From Guillardia theta CCMP2712 (taxonomy: Eukaryota; Protista; Cryptophyta), in the NCBI RefSeq assembly GCF_000315625.1, contig NW_005434636.1, positions 269,298 through 333,297 on the forward strand: DNA of 64,000 bases, written 5' to 3'. The notes beneath the pieces were generated by a model, which saw only the letters and a list, made by a program, of their open reading frames with translations, was not told where the DNA came from and did no database searches. How positions within the stretch are numbered: the stretch's first letter is position 1; every line of letters starts with the position of its first letter. This document shows, piece after piece, positions 14,857 to 26,399 of this stretch. The position numbers and the translations under genes were made by a program.

Positions 14857-16645
14857 GATGGATAGAAGGAGTCGCTGAAAATGGAAGAGTAGTGGAAGCT
14901 AGGTCAGAGGCTTGCTAGGATCGCAGAAGAGAGCTGCGGCAGCTCATGCTGCTAGAAAGAAAAGGCGGGGATCCAGAACATGAGGAAGCAAGAACTCGGA
15001 GCAGACACATGAGCTACATGTCATAAAGAAGGTGCAGAAGCTATGTTGGTTCCAGTTATGGTGTGAAAGTTTTCTTAGGCTCATTCATTGTGAGACAGAT
15101 GTCGGAGGCGTGCTACTCGAAGCTTTGATTCACTCCCGCTCTCCTCCCTTGGGCCTCAGCGAAATGAATCGACCCGCCGACAATGATCGGGTTTTGCTCG
15201 ACAATGAATACGATAAACTGTGATGCCCCCTGCCGCTCCTTGCTCCATCTGACTCCTTTGTGTGTCCTCAGGTTCGCAAAGATGGCGAGCAAGAACCCCA
15301 ACGCTCAGGATCTCCTGCCCGTGTTTGGTGTTGCCACTGATGACCCCCCCGCCATGGCTCCTCATACCTCGAAAGTGAAGAGAGCTGGAGGGTGGAAGGA
15401 GGAGCGGGCAGATAGATCTGAGGTATCCGATCGCTACCGTGGTGCCCAGGTCGTCCGTGCGAGGGCCGTGGCGCAGGGAGAAACACTGGACGCTCATTTT
15501 CAAAGGAGCAAGCTGCAAAGGGACAAGGGGCATCTGCTCGGCAAGGAAGATCCATACAAGAGTGTGCCGAGCAAGAGGAAACACGACTTAAGAGAAGAAG
15601 AAGCTCGTCCGCGGACGAGGGATAGAGCAGGGGAGGCTCTAGGGAAGAAGAGGGCGAGCTCCAGCAGACTGTCGGCGCATGAGAGCGATGGTGGAGATTC
15701 TGATCATGGAGGAGGAGAAGCGAGGACGGAACAATCATGGAGAGTCCAAGACATCAAGAGGGCAGCGAGAAGTCGTAGGACGAAGGGAGGAGGAGGCACG
15801 AAGGCAAGTTATGTTTGTGTCCGACCCGAATGCTGACGTGCTCCCTAGAGGACTTCAACATCGAAGTCCCCAGCAAAGCAGAAGCATGCTCCGACCTCCA
15901 AGCTCTCCACCCTGTGGTTCAAGAACATCCCGTTGGAGGAGAGTGCCTCTGGCAGGAAGGGCCAGGTTGAGTCCAAGGAGGGAGCAGACAAGTCGAACGT
16001 GGTGAGCAAGGTTGGGAGAGACGCCAATGTGACTCACACAAGAACGTTTGCCACTATCGCACAGGAGAAGCAGGATCATGCGCATTCTTTCACCATGCAT
16101 GCATCTGACATCAAAGTGAAACTCTTCGACTTCTCCTCCATCGAGAACAAGCTGGTGAAGTCGGCAAAAGGTGAGCCACAACTTTCTTTCTCCGCCTTCC
16201 ATGTCTGCTTCTCCATCCTCTTACACCTCCTCGCAGCCGTTGCTGAGTTCCAACCTACGAGCTCAGTCGCAGTCCGGGTTCAGGAGGAGGCAGCATCGTT
16301 TGCTCCTCTTCCTCTGTCCCCTGCTGGAGTTCACCAGGACATGGACTTGGACGACACAGAGAGCGAGAAGGAGAGCAAGGGCAAGGAGGACGACCTTGAA
16401 CCCACACCTTCCCTTTTGGCTGCTTGCGGCGTGAAGGAGGGAGGAGAGACATGCGAGGGAGCAGAAGCTGCGTCGTCATGCAATCCCTCGCGGATGTGGT
16501 CCGATCATCTGTCTTCCTTGTTCCCAGAGCTCGGGGAAGTGTAGGACGATGCGTTAGAACGAGAGGCGTTGGTAGAGAGGAAGCAGCAAGTGAAGCTTTC
16601 AGCATGCATTTCTGTAGGAGGAAGAAGCCATATAACTTGATGTGA
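14857..16645 (+). CDS. Hypothetical multi-exon charged/low-complexity protein
   Basis: Long ORFs 15183-15836 and 15933-16544 with GT-AG intron-like interruptions. No domain recognised and boundaries are uncertain. Confidence 0.4.
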
Positions 16646-16738
16646 GGAATGGGAGGTATCCCATGTCTTGCAGAAAGAATTTTTACAGATGAAGAAACAA
16701 GATTCCAAATCACCAACCAACCATGAGGCTCACAAGGC

Positions 16739-17563
16739 TCAATTCTTAGGCGAGAAGGAAGAGCCGCACCCGCAAGTCCCCTCTGAGTTCGGATTGTTGA
16801 GAACCTAAGGGAATCTCCCATGGTCACCAACCTGAGGGAGCCAAGGGGAGGGGAAGTGAGGTGATCAGGGAAGGGGAGAGATAGGTTGAAAGAGAAGAGC
16901 AAACGAGGGGAGAAAGGAGCGGTATGCGATAGATGAGCGAGATCGAAATCCACCTGAAAGCTCGACGAGATCATCTCCTCGACGAAGTCCACCTGACAGT
17001 CGAAAACATCGAGATGAGAGACTGAACCAACGGCAGTGGGGGAGAGGACTGATCACCGTCGATCCTCGAACGAGATCAAGGGAAGTTTCGTCGATCACCA
17101 GCTTCGCCCCATCTCTTTCGACACAAGTCAATAGCCACAGTGGACAAGGAAAGCGCAGGGGACTGACTTCTCGAAAACAACATCGTCCCCCTCCATCTTC
17201 GAGTCTGGTTGGAACTTGTACTGGAAGCCCGAACATCCTCCGCCATCCACTCGGAGGCGCAGGAATCCTTCTTTCTGCACTTTGATGATCCTCTTCCGAG
17301 TGATCATGTCAGAGCCAGCGGGTAACTTTCTTCCTCACCTTGGCGCAGCGATCAGAGATGGAGAGTGCGGGTCTGTCCCCGTCAACATCCACGAGGCCAG
17401 CAGCCGTTGCCTTGCCGGACAAGTCGCGTCAAGAGGAGGACACACAAGACATGAGCCGCATCACCATCCCCCTCGAATGCTCGTGCCTGCAGGAGATGCT
17501 CGAGTGAACGCTGACCCACTTTCTGCTGCGACATTCCGCTGCAGTTCTAATCGGTGACACCAT
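16739..17563 (-). CDS. ISCA2: Iron-sulfur cluster assembly protein, IscA/HesB family (ISCA2-like)
   Basis: Exons give [58 protein letters not shown] and [21 protein letters not shown]. The three conserved Cys (GGCSG ... CGCG) are present. Start is uncertain. Confidence 0.88.
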
Positions 17564-18914
17564 CGCCTTGCTCTCTGTCACTGGAAATTCGTCTCTGGAG
17601 TCAGAGAGGAAGGATCAATCTTGTACAAGGATGACCTGTGACAAGTGGCCTTGTCCAATTTTGAAGGGCAAACCTCTGGATGCTCGAAACTCTTCGGAGA
17701 AAGCTGCAACGAGGTTTGAGCATTGCAAGACAAACATCTTCAAAGCATTGCTGCACATGGACCTTGGAATCATGGTGGAGCGATCTGGAAAGGAAAATGT
17801 AAGAGATCAGTTCTATAGAAGAATCGGAGAGCTGACAACTCTTTGATAGAATCCCAGTCTTTCACTATACATCGCAGTTTTGCAATGATTCAGATGTTTA
17901 TCCTTTTGCTCCTACGTCCTCTACACCTCTGCCCTCTACATCCGATGACAAGTACATGTGATACTTGACCCATTGAATGCATCAAACGCTTGTTCTTGTC
18001 TCATTGCCACTCTAACGCTGCTCCCCTCCAGACCCCCACACATCTCGTCACTTTACACCCCTCCTGGACTGCCTTCCTGCCTCGTCCTCTATCAGCCCTT
18101 CCTTCCGTACCCTTCCTCCGTCGCTCATATTTCACCTCGATAGTGGCTGACCCCCAAACCAATTCCCCCCGTTCATCACCTACAACCGCCTGTCCCTCAA
18201 TCTTCTCCCTCTCAACTCCATCACTCCCTCTTCCTCTACCCTTCATCTTCGACCTTGCTCTATCCTATTATCCTCTCTGATCTCTTTCACCACGTCCTCA
18301 ACCCTTCCTCTCCTTGCATGCCCATCCTGCCCCTCTTGTCTCCTCTCCTTCGCCTCCTCCCTCCCTTCCTCTCGCCCTCCTTCTGGCCATTTCTTCGCCT
18401 GTTTGCGCTGTTGGGGAGACCCCATATAAAAGGGTGGGGTAGTATCAAGTGATTGGTATGGTAGGGTCATATAGGTAATCGTCATTTGGTACTGAAGGAG
18501 TGCTCCCGGTACAAGAAAAGAATTATAAAAAGATTCTACACGCTATGGCGGGGAGATTCGTCTAGCTTATCTTCCCGTCGCACGTCTGTAATGCGAGGAG
18601 CCGCTTGACAGAAGAGAGCATGTCTGACTCTTCCTCTTGCTCCTCTGATCATCTTGTATACCTGAATGAATATTGAGGGAGAGAAGGGAGAGAGCGGTGG
18701 ATATGGGGAGGGAGGAGAGAATTGTTTTCCAGCAAGCTCAACACTAGGAACGAGTTTGAACTGATGCTTCAATGGGGATGTAAGAAAGTGTCATGGATGA
18801 AGAGAAATAAGAATGAGCGCGAACGATGAAGAGGAAATCTTGGTCGGTGAACTTGAAAGACAACAAAAGAAGCGAAGGTGTGAATCAAGCCATCTGATCA
18901 TTTGCTTTCTTAGC

Positions 18915-20186
18915 ATGGCTGGTTTCAACGGGTCATTCATGCTTGCTGGCACGATCTTCTTGGGGACTCTCTCAAGCTCGTCAAGTTTTCAGGGGTTGCA
19001 ACCAGTGGCTCGCCCCTCTCACTCTCTTGGATGCTTCAAACACAGCAGGCTCCCGATCAGTCCCAGAGCTGCCGTGTTGAGTTTGAGGCGAGAGTCGATT
19101 CTCTGGAGGCGACTCTTCGAAGGTGATCGAGTTCGAAATATCAGGCTGATGTTTGACGTGGGTGAAACAAGATAAGGATGGTGACTTTTCTGGATCCAAG
19201 GCCTTATGCCGGGATCTCGAGCTTTCCTTCCGAAAGGTAAACATACCGTTGGCTCTAAGACTGCTCAAAGTGGCTACTTCAGGTTTGGCTGAGGTTGTAC
19301 ACGAGCGGTGCAGATGAGAATTACTCCATGGCATTGAAGGAATTCGTCAAGGTCAGGCCCTCGATCTTTCGTCAGGACAAGAACATGTCGTGACACTCTG
19401 ACAGGCTACGGTCATGGCCTTTGACCGAGGATACTCCATCCAAGCATTGGTAGAGATTATCTCCATCTCAATGTGGACAGCAGTGAATGATGGTTCTGTC
19501 TTAACGAAAGATCTTCGAGCTAGGGCGGCATGAGATGGAAACAGGTGTGCCAAGGCATAAACCCAAGCCAGCCTGACTGGTTTGCTGGTCGTCAGGGGAT
19601 CCGAACATCGACAAGACCATCCGGCTCACCGAACAAGAAAGAGACGTGCGTGAGGTTGGACACGATGTTTGTAGCATTCAAGGGTGACTTACAAAGTCCC
19701 TCAGGTTTGGCTCACCTTGATCTACTTGACGCTACATCGTCTCCAGTAGGCCCTCTCCTCCCTTTTGGACGTGCGCTCTCTCGCTTGCTCCGGCTGATCT
19801 CTCCTTGTTCGCTCTGTTCTCTCATCTGCCAGGTACAAGTCCAAGTCAGGAGAAAGCCCTCCCCTGCCCGAAGACACCCGTGCGCTCCAGGTTCACTCAG
19901 TCAGTAGCGAGGAGAGTCGGTGACGGATCCGCAGGCGCTAGTTCAAAACACTTGCAATGCTCTTGAAGCTGGGTTTACGTTGGAGGGGCTGAAGCTTGAA
20001 CTATCTTTGAGGTGACACATGCTGTCCTTTCCGACTTACTTGACTCTTTTTGCGAAGGAAATCGCAAGAAAATCAAGAGACGATGACTCCTGTTCAGGTG
20101 ATGACCTCAACTGTTTTCTGTAGTGAGAGGACTACGCAGTTGTCTCTCAGGTCTCAGTGGACAAGAATCATATACTTGACCAATGA
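18915..20186 (+). CDS. Hypothetical multi-exon protein with a bipartite plastid-targeting-like N-terminus
   Basis: MAGFNGSFMLAGTIFLGTLSSSSSF followed by a Ser/Arg-rich transit-like segment. A series of short GT-AG-flanked exons runs to ~20186. Confidence 0.45.
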
Positions 20187-20339
20187 TGTAATAAAGTCAA
20201 AACGATAGACGGACGGTTCTTCGGGGCCATGTTTGTGCTGCCGCAAGTTCACACGCTCAATTCAGTGCATTTATTGCTTGACGGGACTCGGACCAACTCG
20301 ACGTGAGCAGCTTCTCTACTCCACTTCGAGAACCAGGTC

Positions 20340-20935
20340 ACCCGGTTGATGAACTTCTGTCTCAGTTTACCCCTCAGCGCACGATCTGGCACTCAATTAT
20401 GTTTAAGTACAAACCTTGGGATCTTTGAGCAGCAGCCCATCAGCTTGGTGGCTGTCGCTGACAAGTTTCTTCATGGACTGCCCTTCTTCTCCGCCATCCT
20501 GGGCAGGACCACGCACAAGGCGACCTGCAGGCACCGCAGCCCGTTATGGACTGATGCGCATGAGAAGTGCAATGCCGTCCTCAGCACCTCATCAAAGATT
20601 CAGGAGTGAGATGCCGCGTCCATGTGCAAGGCGTACCCGGCACCAGGCAGAACCTGAAGGCTACTGGAGGCGGATGGCATGGGTTAATCCTGGACTTCAG
20701 CATGTCACATGTTTTTGACAATGATGGGATACTGGACCTTGCTCGGAGCAAACTGCAAGCAGCAGTACAGAGGAAGATCCGAGGGCATCGTAACGCATAT
20801 GCTCAGCACGTCCCGCCAAAGGCCTTTCTTCCCATCATCGCCATTACTGATGGACGCTTGCAGGATTATGAGTTGCGCTTCCTGTGGTGGCTGGCTGTTC
20901 GCTTGGCGAACAAGGAAACGGCACGCAGTTACTAA
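20340..20935 (+). mobile_element. Degenerate 3' fragment of an RLE-type (CRE/R2-like) non-LTR retrotransposon
   Basis: HKATC...AHEKCNAVL (zinc-knuckle/RH region), then a frameshift, then LILDFSMSH...QRKIRGHRNAY...FLPIIAITDGRL..ELRFLWWLA. This resembles the D-x-S/T...K..KY...F.P...E..G motif of restriction-like endonuclease domains. Confidence 0.5.
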
Positions 20936-21100
20936 GTGCAGATGTTCGTACTTATTCAACTCGCATCGGTGGGTAGGAACGGGAGTGGCGGGGGGTGGGG
21001 GGTAGTGACTATGAAGTGGGGGAGATTTTTTTCATGGCTGGTCGTATCCTTGACTATTCAACCCCACTCTACCCCTCTGATATCCATCACGTCTGCTCCC

Positions 21101-21107
21101 TATAAAA
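21101..21107 (+). promoter_or_regulatory. TATA box (TATAAAA) upstream of RWP-RK copy 1
   Basis: Consensus TATAAAA lies ~45 nt before the ATG at 21150. Confidence 0.5.
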
Positions 21108-21149
21108 GTTGCCGTCGCGTCCCTACACGCAATTCAACCAGCGCGAACG

Positions 21150-21607
21150 ATGAGCGAGACCATCCGCGTGTTCCCAAGAAAGAAGTTGCTCCAGCAGACC
21201 TCCTCGCCTGCTTGCAGGAAGAATCCAGGCGTTAGCCTCAAGGCTTCCTCCCTCCAAGCTCTCTTCCACCTCCCCCAGACCAAAGCTGCCGCCTCCCTGG
21301 TACCCCTTCCTCTGCTTTCCCCCGTCGTTGCCGGCTGACAGACATGGTGCAGGGGCTGTCGCTCACGGCGTTCAAGAGCGCGTGCCGCCGCCTCGGCATC
21401 GCTCGCTGGCCGTACGAGCGCAAGTCTCGCCGGGAGCGAGCGGGGGCCGCGCACGAGCAGGAGCCGCAGGAAGGGGAGGAAGAAGCCAGGCAGGACGAGG
21501 TCAAGCAGGAAGATGGCGACGAGCCGCTGGAGCCGGAGTGGATCGACTGGTACATGTCCGCCAGCGAGAGCGAAGGCACGGGGCTGCCTTGGGAGGGCGG
21601 AGCCTAG
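21150..21607 (+). CDS. RWP-RK domain transcription factor, copy 1 (intron 21300-21352)
   Basis: Spliced product: SLQALFHLPQTKAAASL|GLSLTAFKSACRRLGIARWPYERK, then an acidic linker and C-terminal EPEWIDWYMS. Confidence 0.9.
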
Positions 21608-23008
21608 TCGACGAGGGGCGAGGCGGTGGGAAGGGAAGCAGAGGAGGAGCATGCGGATGTACGATAGGACGATGAAAGAAGTGGAGCTAGGCTTGCGAAT
21701 GTCTCCTTTGATGTTAGGGGCGGGGCAGGAGGCGGGGCAGGGAGGAGGGCTGATGCAGCCCAAGGAAGGTGGCAGAAGTAGAAAGTAGAAAGAGACCACA
21801 GAAGCTGGGTATCCCCTTCGGTCACATACCCAAATAAACTAGACCAGGATTGTTTGTGAGAGCCTATGTGCGGCCGAATAACATTCCAGCTCTCTAATAA
21901 ACTCACGTAACAACAATAATAGGAGAGGTGGAGGGGCTTCAGGCTTGTTGCAGTAGAGAAGGGAATGAAAATGCTTGTATACAACATGCGAGAGAGGGGG
22001 GTCACGACATGATGAGAGAAGCTTTTCTCTGCAGCTTCTCAAAGGGCTCAAGTGTTTCTCAAACTGCGCTCCATGATTTGAACAGGGACGGAATGGAAGG
22101 GGTCAAGCGTTCAACCGTTTTGGTTAAAGTGGCTTACATGATGTACACAATTAAGTATTGCCTTGGGTTTCACACATAGTAATTTCACAAAAACCAAACA
22201 TGCCTACGAGACGGAGCACCCATTCCGAGCACAGGCTGAATCCGATGATCATGCAAATGTAGATATGACTCTGAACGACCGCAGGCCGCGCAGAAATCTT
22301 TTGAGATCAACTTTTTGCCAAAGTGATCAGATAATCAGCCTACATGATACAGCAGCCGGGGGCTACGTACTGCAGCGATATCTTTGAGCAGCAAATAACT
22401 GACAAGTAACCGACGGTAGTTAAGCCTAGAGTTGATCACGTCCGTCTGCGGCGATCCGACTGGATATTGACTAAAAGTTTTGAACTCTTCGGAGCGTCGG
22501 GCAATCCCGCGGCTGCTCGCACGATCTTCATCACACCCCGTCAGATGCCTTCGGACATCCGGTATGATCACTACTAGTCATTGACCGTCAGCATACTTGC
22601 GTTGCCTGCGTGACGGAAAGTTCTATTTCCGGGCCCGCCTAGGAGTTGCAATGCCATGGACGGAGTCCGGGACTCGTATTAACTTTTACTACAGGAGAAT
22701 CAACCCCTACCGGACCCTCCTGATTCCCACCCAGATAACCCCTACTCCCTGCTAACGCCAGACAAACCCTGTTGAATATCCAAATTTATTACTCAATACT
22801 GTCAGTTCCGACTGGCACCCCAAAGCAATTCAGACCGTCGCAAGGCAGTTTTGGATATCCAGCCGTGACTACAGGAATTGTCACGAATGTTTTGCCCCGT
22901 ATATGGTACCAGAGGGACAAAACCTGTAACCCATCCCTTGCGTTCCCTCTTGGGCGCCCCTACTTAGGGATGGAAGGTAGATCAATCCTCTGCCGTGATC
23001 CTCATACC

Positions 23009-23493
23009 ATGACAGCATCCAGCTCCAGCGTGCTTGTATACCCCAGACGAAAGACCCTCCAAGGCTTCCTCATGCTCTACAAGGGCGCGAGAGGCGTCAG
23101 CCTCAAGGCCTCCTCCCTCCAAGCTCTCTTCCACCTCCCCCAGACCAAAGCTGCCGCCTCCCTGGTACCCCTTCCTCTGCTTTCCCTCGTCGTTGCCGGC
23201 TGACAGACATGGCGCAGGGGCTGTCGCTCACGGCGTTCAAGAGCGCGTGCCGCCGACTCGGCATCGCTCGCTGGCCGTACGAGCGCAAGTCTCGCCGGGA
23301 GCGAGCGGAGGACGAGGTCAAGCGGGAAGGGGAGCAGGATGACGAGCACGACCGGGAACAGGAAAAAGAACAGAATTGTATGGAAGAAAATCAGCAGGAT
23401 GGCGACGAGCCGCTGGAGCCGGAGTGGATCGACTGGTACATGTCCGCCAGCGAGAGCGAAGGCACGGGGCTGCCTTGGGAGGGCGGAGCCTAG
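23009..23493 (+). CDS. RWP-RK domain transcription factor, copy 2
   Basis: Same two-exon structure and RWPYERK core as copy 1. N-terminus is MTASSSSVLVYPRRK. Confidence 0.9.
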
Positions 23494-23821
23494 TCGACGA
23501 GGGGCGAGGCGGCGGGAAGGGAAGCAGAGGAGGAGCATGCGGATGTACGATAGGACCAGACGAGGCTGATGGGTATAGGAGAGGTGGAGGGGCTTCAGGC
23601 TTGTTGCAGTAGAGACGAGAATGAAAATACTTGTATACAACATGCGAGAGAGGGGGGTCACGACATGATGAGAGAAGCTTTTCTCTGCAGCTTCTCCAAG
23701 TTGATTTTGTAGTTCACAACCTGAAGTGCATCTTTCTTGTTGAGCTGACCAAATGACTTCACGACATGCTTGCAGCAATTGTGTTTTTTTTCTTCCAAAC
23801 CACTTCTTTTCGAGGCCCTCA

Positions 23822-23959
23822 GGGGCCGCGCACGAGCAGGAGCCGCAGGAAGGGGAGGAAGAAGCCAGGCAGGACGAGGTCAAGCAGGAAGATGGCGACG
23901 AGCCGTTGGAGGCGGAGTGGATCGACTGGTACATGTCCGCCAGCGAGAGCGAAGCTTGA
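23822..23959 (+). pseudogene. Partial RWP-RK gene copy (C-terminal acidic part only)
   Basis: Near-identical to copy 1 region ~21443-21575 (GAAHEQEPQEGEEE...EWIDWYMSASESE) but lacks the RWP-RK domain. Confidence 0.75.
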
Positions 23960-24257
23960 ATAATGTGGTAACGTTGGGGAAACCGCTCAAATGATAGCCG
24001 CCACCTTGACTTGCTGATGGACGTCAGGGTTTCAATCCTTTACTCAAAGTTAAGTAAAAGAATCAATCAATGAAGTCTCAACTGCGTCGCACGGGAAGTA
24101 AACTCCAGCGCTTTCAGGTCAGCCAGTCTCCGAGGGGCGCTTTTCCAATCCGAGTAACCCCAGCCCTACCCCTAAAATTATGGATCTCGGTACCGGTCCC
24201 ATTTTAGAAGAGCCCCCGACAACAAGGAGGAACCAAAGAATCGCAGGCCTGGGCGCC

Positions 24258-24685
24258 ATGGAACCAACGCTGCGAGTGTTCGCGAGGAGGAAGCAAAGCA
24301 GCGGCTTCCTCATGCTCTACAAGGGCGCGAGAGGCGTCAGCCTCAAGGCCTCCTCCCTCCAAGCTCTCTTCCACCTCCCCCAGACCAAAGCTGCCGCCTC
24401 CCTGGTACCCCTTCCTCTGCTTTCCCTCGTCGTTGCCGGCTGACAGACATGGCGCAGGGGCTGTCGCTCACGGCGTTCAAGAGCGCGTGCCGCCGACTCG
24501 GCATCGCTCGCTGGCCGTACGAGCGCAAGTCTCGCCGGGAGCGAGCGGGGGCCGCGCACGAGCAGGAGCCGCAGGAAGAGGTCAAGCAGGATGGCGACGA
24601 GCCGCTGGAGCCGGAGTGGATCGACTGGTACATGTCCGCCAGCGAGAGCGAAGGCGCGGGGCTGCCTTGGGAGGGCGGAGCCTAG
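24258..24685 (+). CDS. RWP-RK domain transcription factor, copy 3
   Basis: Same structure as copies 1 and 2. N-terminus is MEPTLRVFARRK. The shared 3' flank extends to ~24877. Confidence 0.9.
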
Positions 24686-26399
24686 TCGACGAGGGGCGAG
24701 GCGGCGGGAAGGGAAGCCGGATGTACGATAGGACCAGACGAGGCTGATGGGTATAGGAGAGGTGGAGGGGCTTCAGGCTTGTTGCAGTAGAGACGGGAAT
24801 GAAAATACTTGTATACAACATGCGAGAGAGGGGGGTCACGACATGATGAGAGAAGCTTTTCTCTGCAGCTTCTCCAAGGCGTCTCCTCGCAGCTGTGGAG
24901 AGCAAGTAAGCGGTTCAGGGTCGTGCACTCAGACTGGAACAGCAGGGAGGGGTAAAGGTCACCTGCTCTTTGAGGGTTCTGTAGATCACAGGAACAAGAT
25001 TCACTAGGACCTGGGTTGGGCAGCTATGTCAGTCGACGAGATTCAACAGTAACCGTCTACCGGCCCGTAGACGATCCCGGAGAACCCAAACACCCAGATA
25101 CCCGCGAAGACACTTAGACCTTAGGAGCAGGTCACGGATGAACCTTGCGAGGACAGGCAGGAAGTCCAATTCCTTGTCAAGTTCTCACCAGTGAAGTATG
25201 GCGGCACGCTTGTGTCCTGCGCTTTCATCTCCTTGTACCTTCGTCCATCATCACAGCTCTTCATGTGCTTGCCTACCACGTACATCCATGCCGGCGCAAA
25301 GAACCACACACAGACTTGGAGAATGAGATGCAGCATGGCAAGCTGAGTCAGACGCGTCAGGGTTCGATGAACACGAGCTCCACATTATCAGCTACCAACG
25401 GATAACCCTCAAGCCAAATCTGCATGGTTGCTGGCAAGAAGACTGGTATACGTGAAGATAATGGAGGAACGAGTGAGTTGCAATCAAGTACGAGAATGAT
25501 GTGCAGCTGTCATTCAAATAGCAGGAACCACGGACTCACCAATGAATGATGGAACTATCGGTACTACCGCCATCATTCCAGAGCAAAGGGCTGAAAGGAC
25601 TATCAGGCAACTCCTGAGAGAGCTAACAGACCTGGCAAGTAGACCATGATGAAAGAATTCGGAAGTAGATGGGAGACAATGTCTAAAGAGAGCCAAGACC
25701 AACCCTTCCCGTTTCAAGTCAAGTACCGGTTTCAACATCAGGAGGGAATACCACAAAGAAGCAGAAGAGCTTCACGCTTGCTTCGAGAACCTTCACAGTC
25801 CATCAGTGAAGAAACATGTTCAGCTCTGCCACTTTGGCCACGAGCGGCGAGGCACTTCTCTCTTGCTTTCTTCGCTTCTTTCCATCGGAACCCCCGGGAG
25901 CAGAAGGCATCAAGTCTCGGATAAATCGCTCCGGTTCCTGAATTTGATCAATGACTTAAGGGGTTTCGAAGTCTCTTACCTGATCCATCTGCAACATGTA
26001 GAAAACTACAACCAAAAAAATGCAAACACTGAAGACAAGCTCAAACTGTATAGCGGTCAAGAAAACAATCAACAGCGTGCAAAGCAATAAGATACCGTAG
26101 TTGTGACAAAAGATGAAGTAAAGGTTAATAAAACAATAGCAGCTTTGATTGTGAATCCAAATAATACTGACAATCATCGTCACAACGGGACTGAAAGGTG
26201 CTCTTGAACCAAGGGAAGTCAAATCGAGAACCTGAGGAAGCAGAGGATATGTAGTTGAGGCCAGAAACCAGATATCGCTGTTAAAAACGGAAAGAACACA
26301 GATCATCTCCTACTTACTAGAATCCGATACCATTTACCTGGAGGTATCGCACATCAATCCATGAGGTTACTGTGGTATAGATGTCCTTTGCTTGATGTT

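Noticed and set aside
17568-17846. 92-aa ORF upstream of the IscA gene
   Set aside because: No ATG start, no recognisable domain and no supporting exon structure.
25080-26090. Fragmented plus-strand ORFs downstream of the RWP-RK array
   Set aside because: Possibly a decayed gene or TE, but I could not recognise any motif or build a consistent exon chain.
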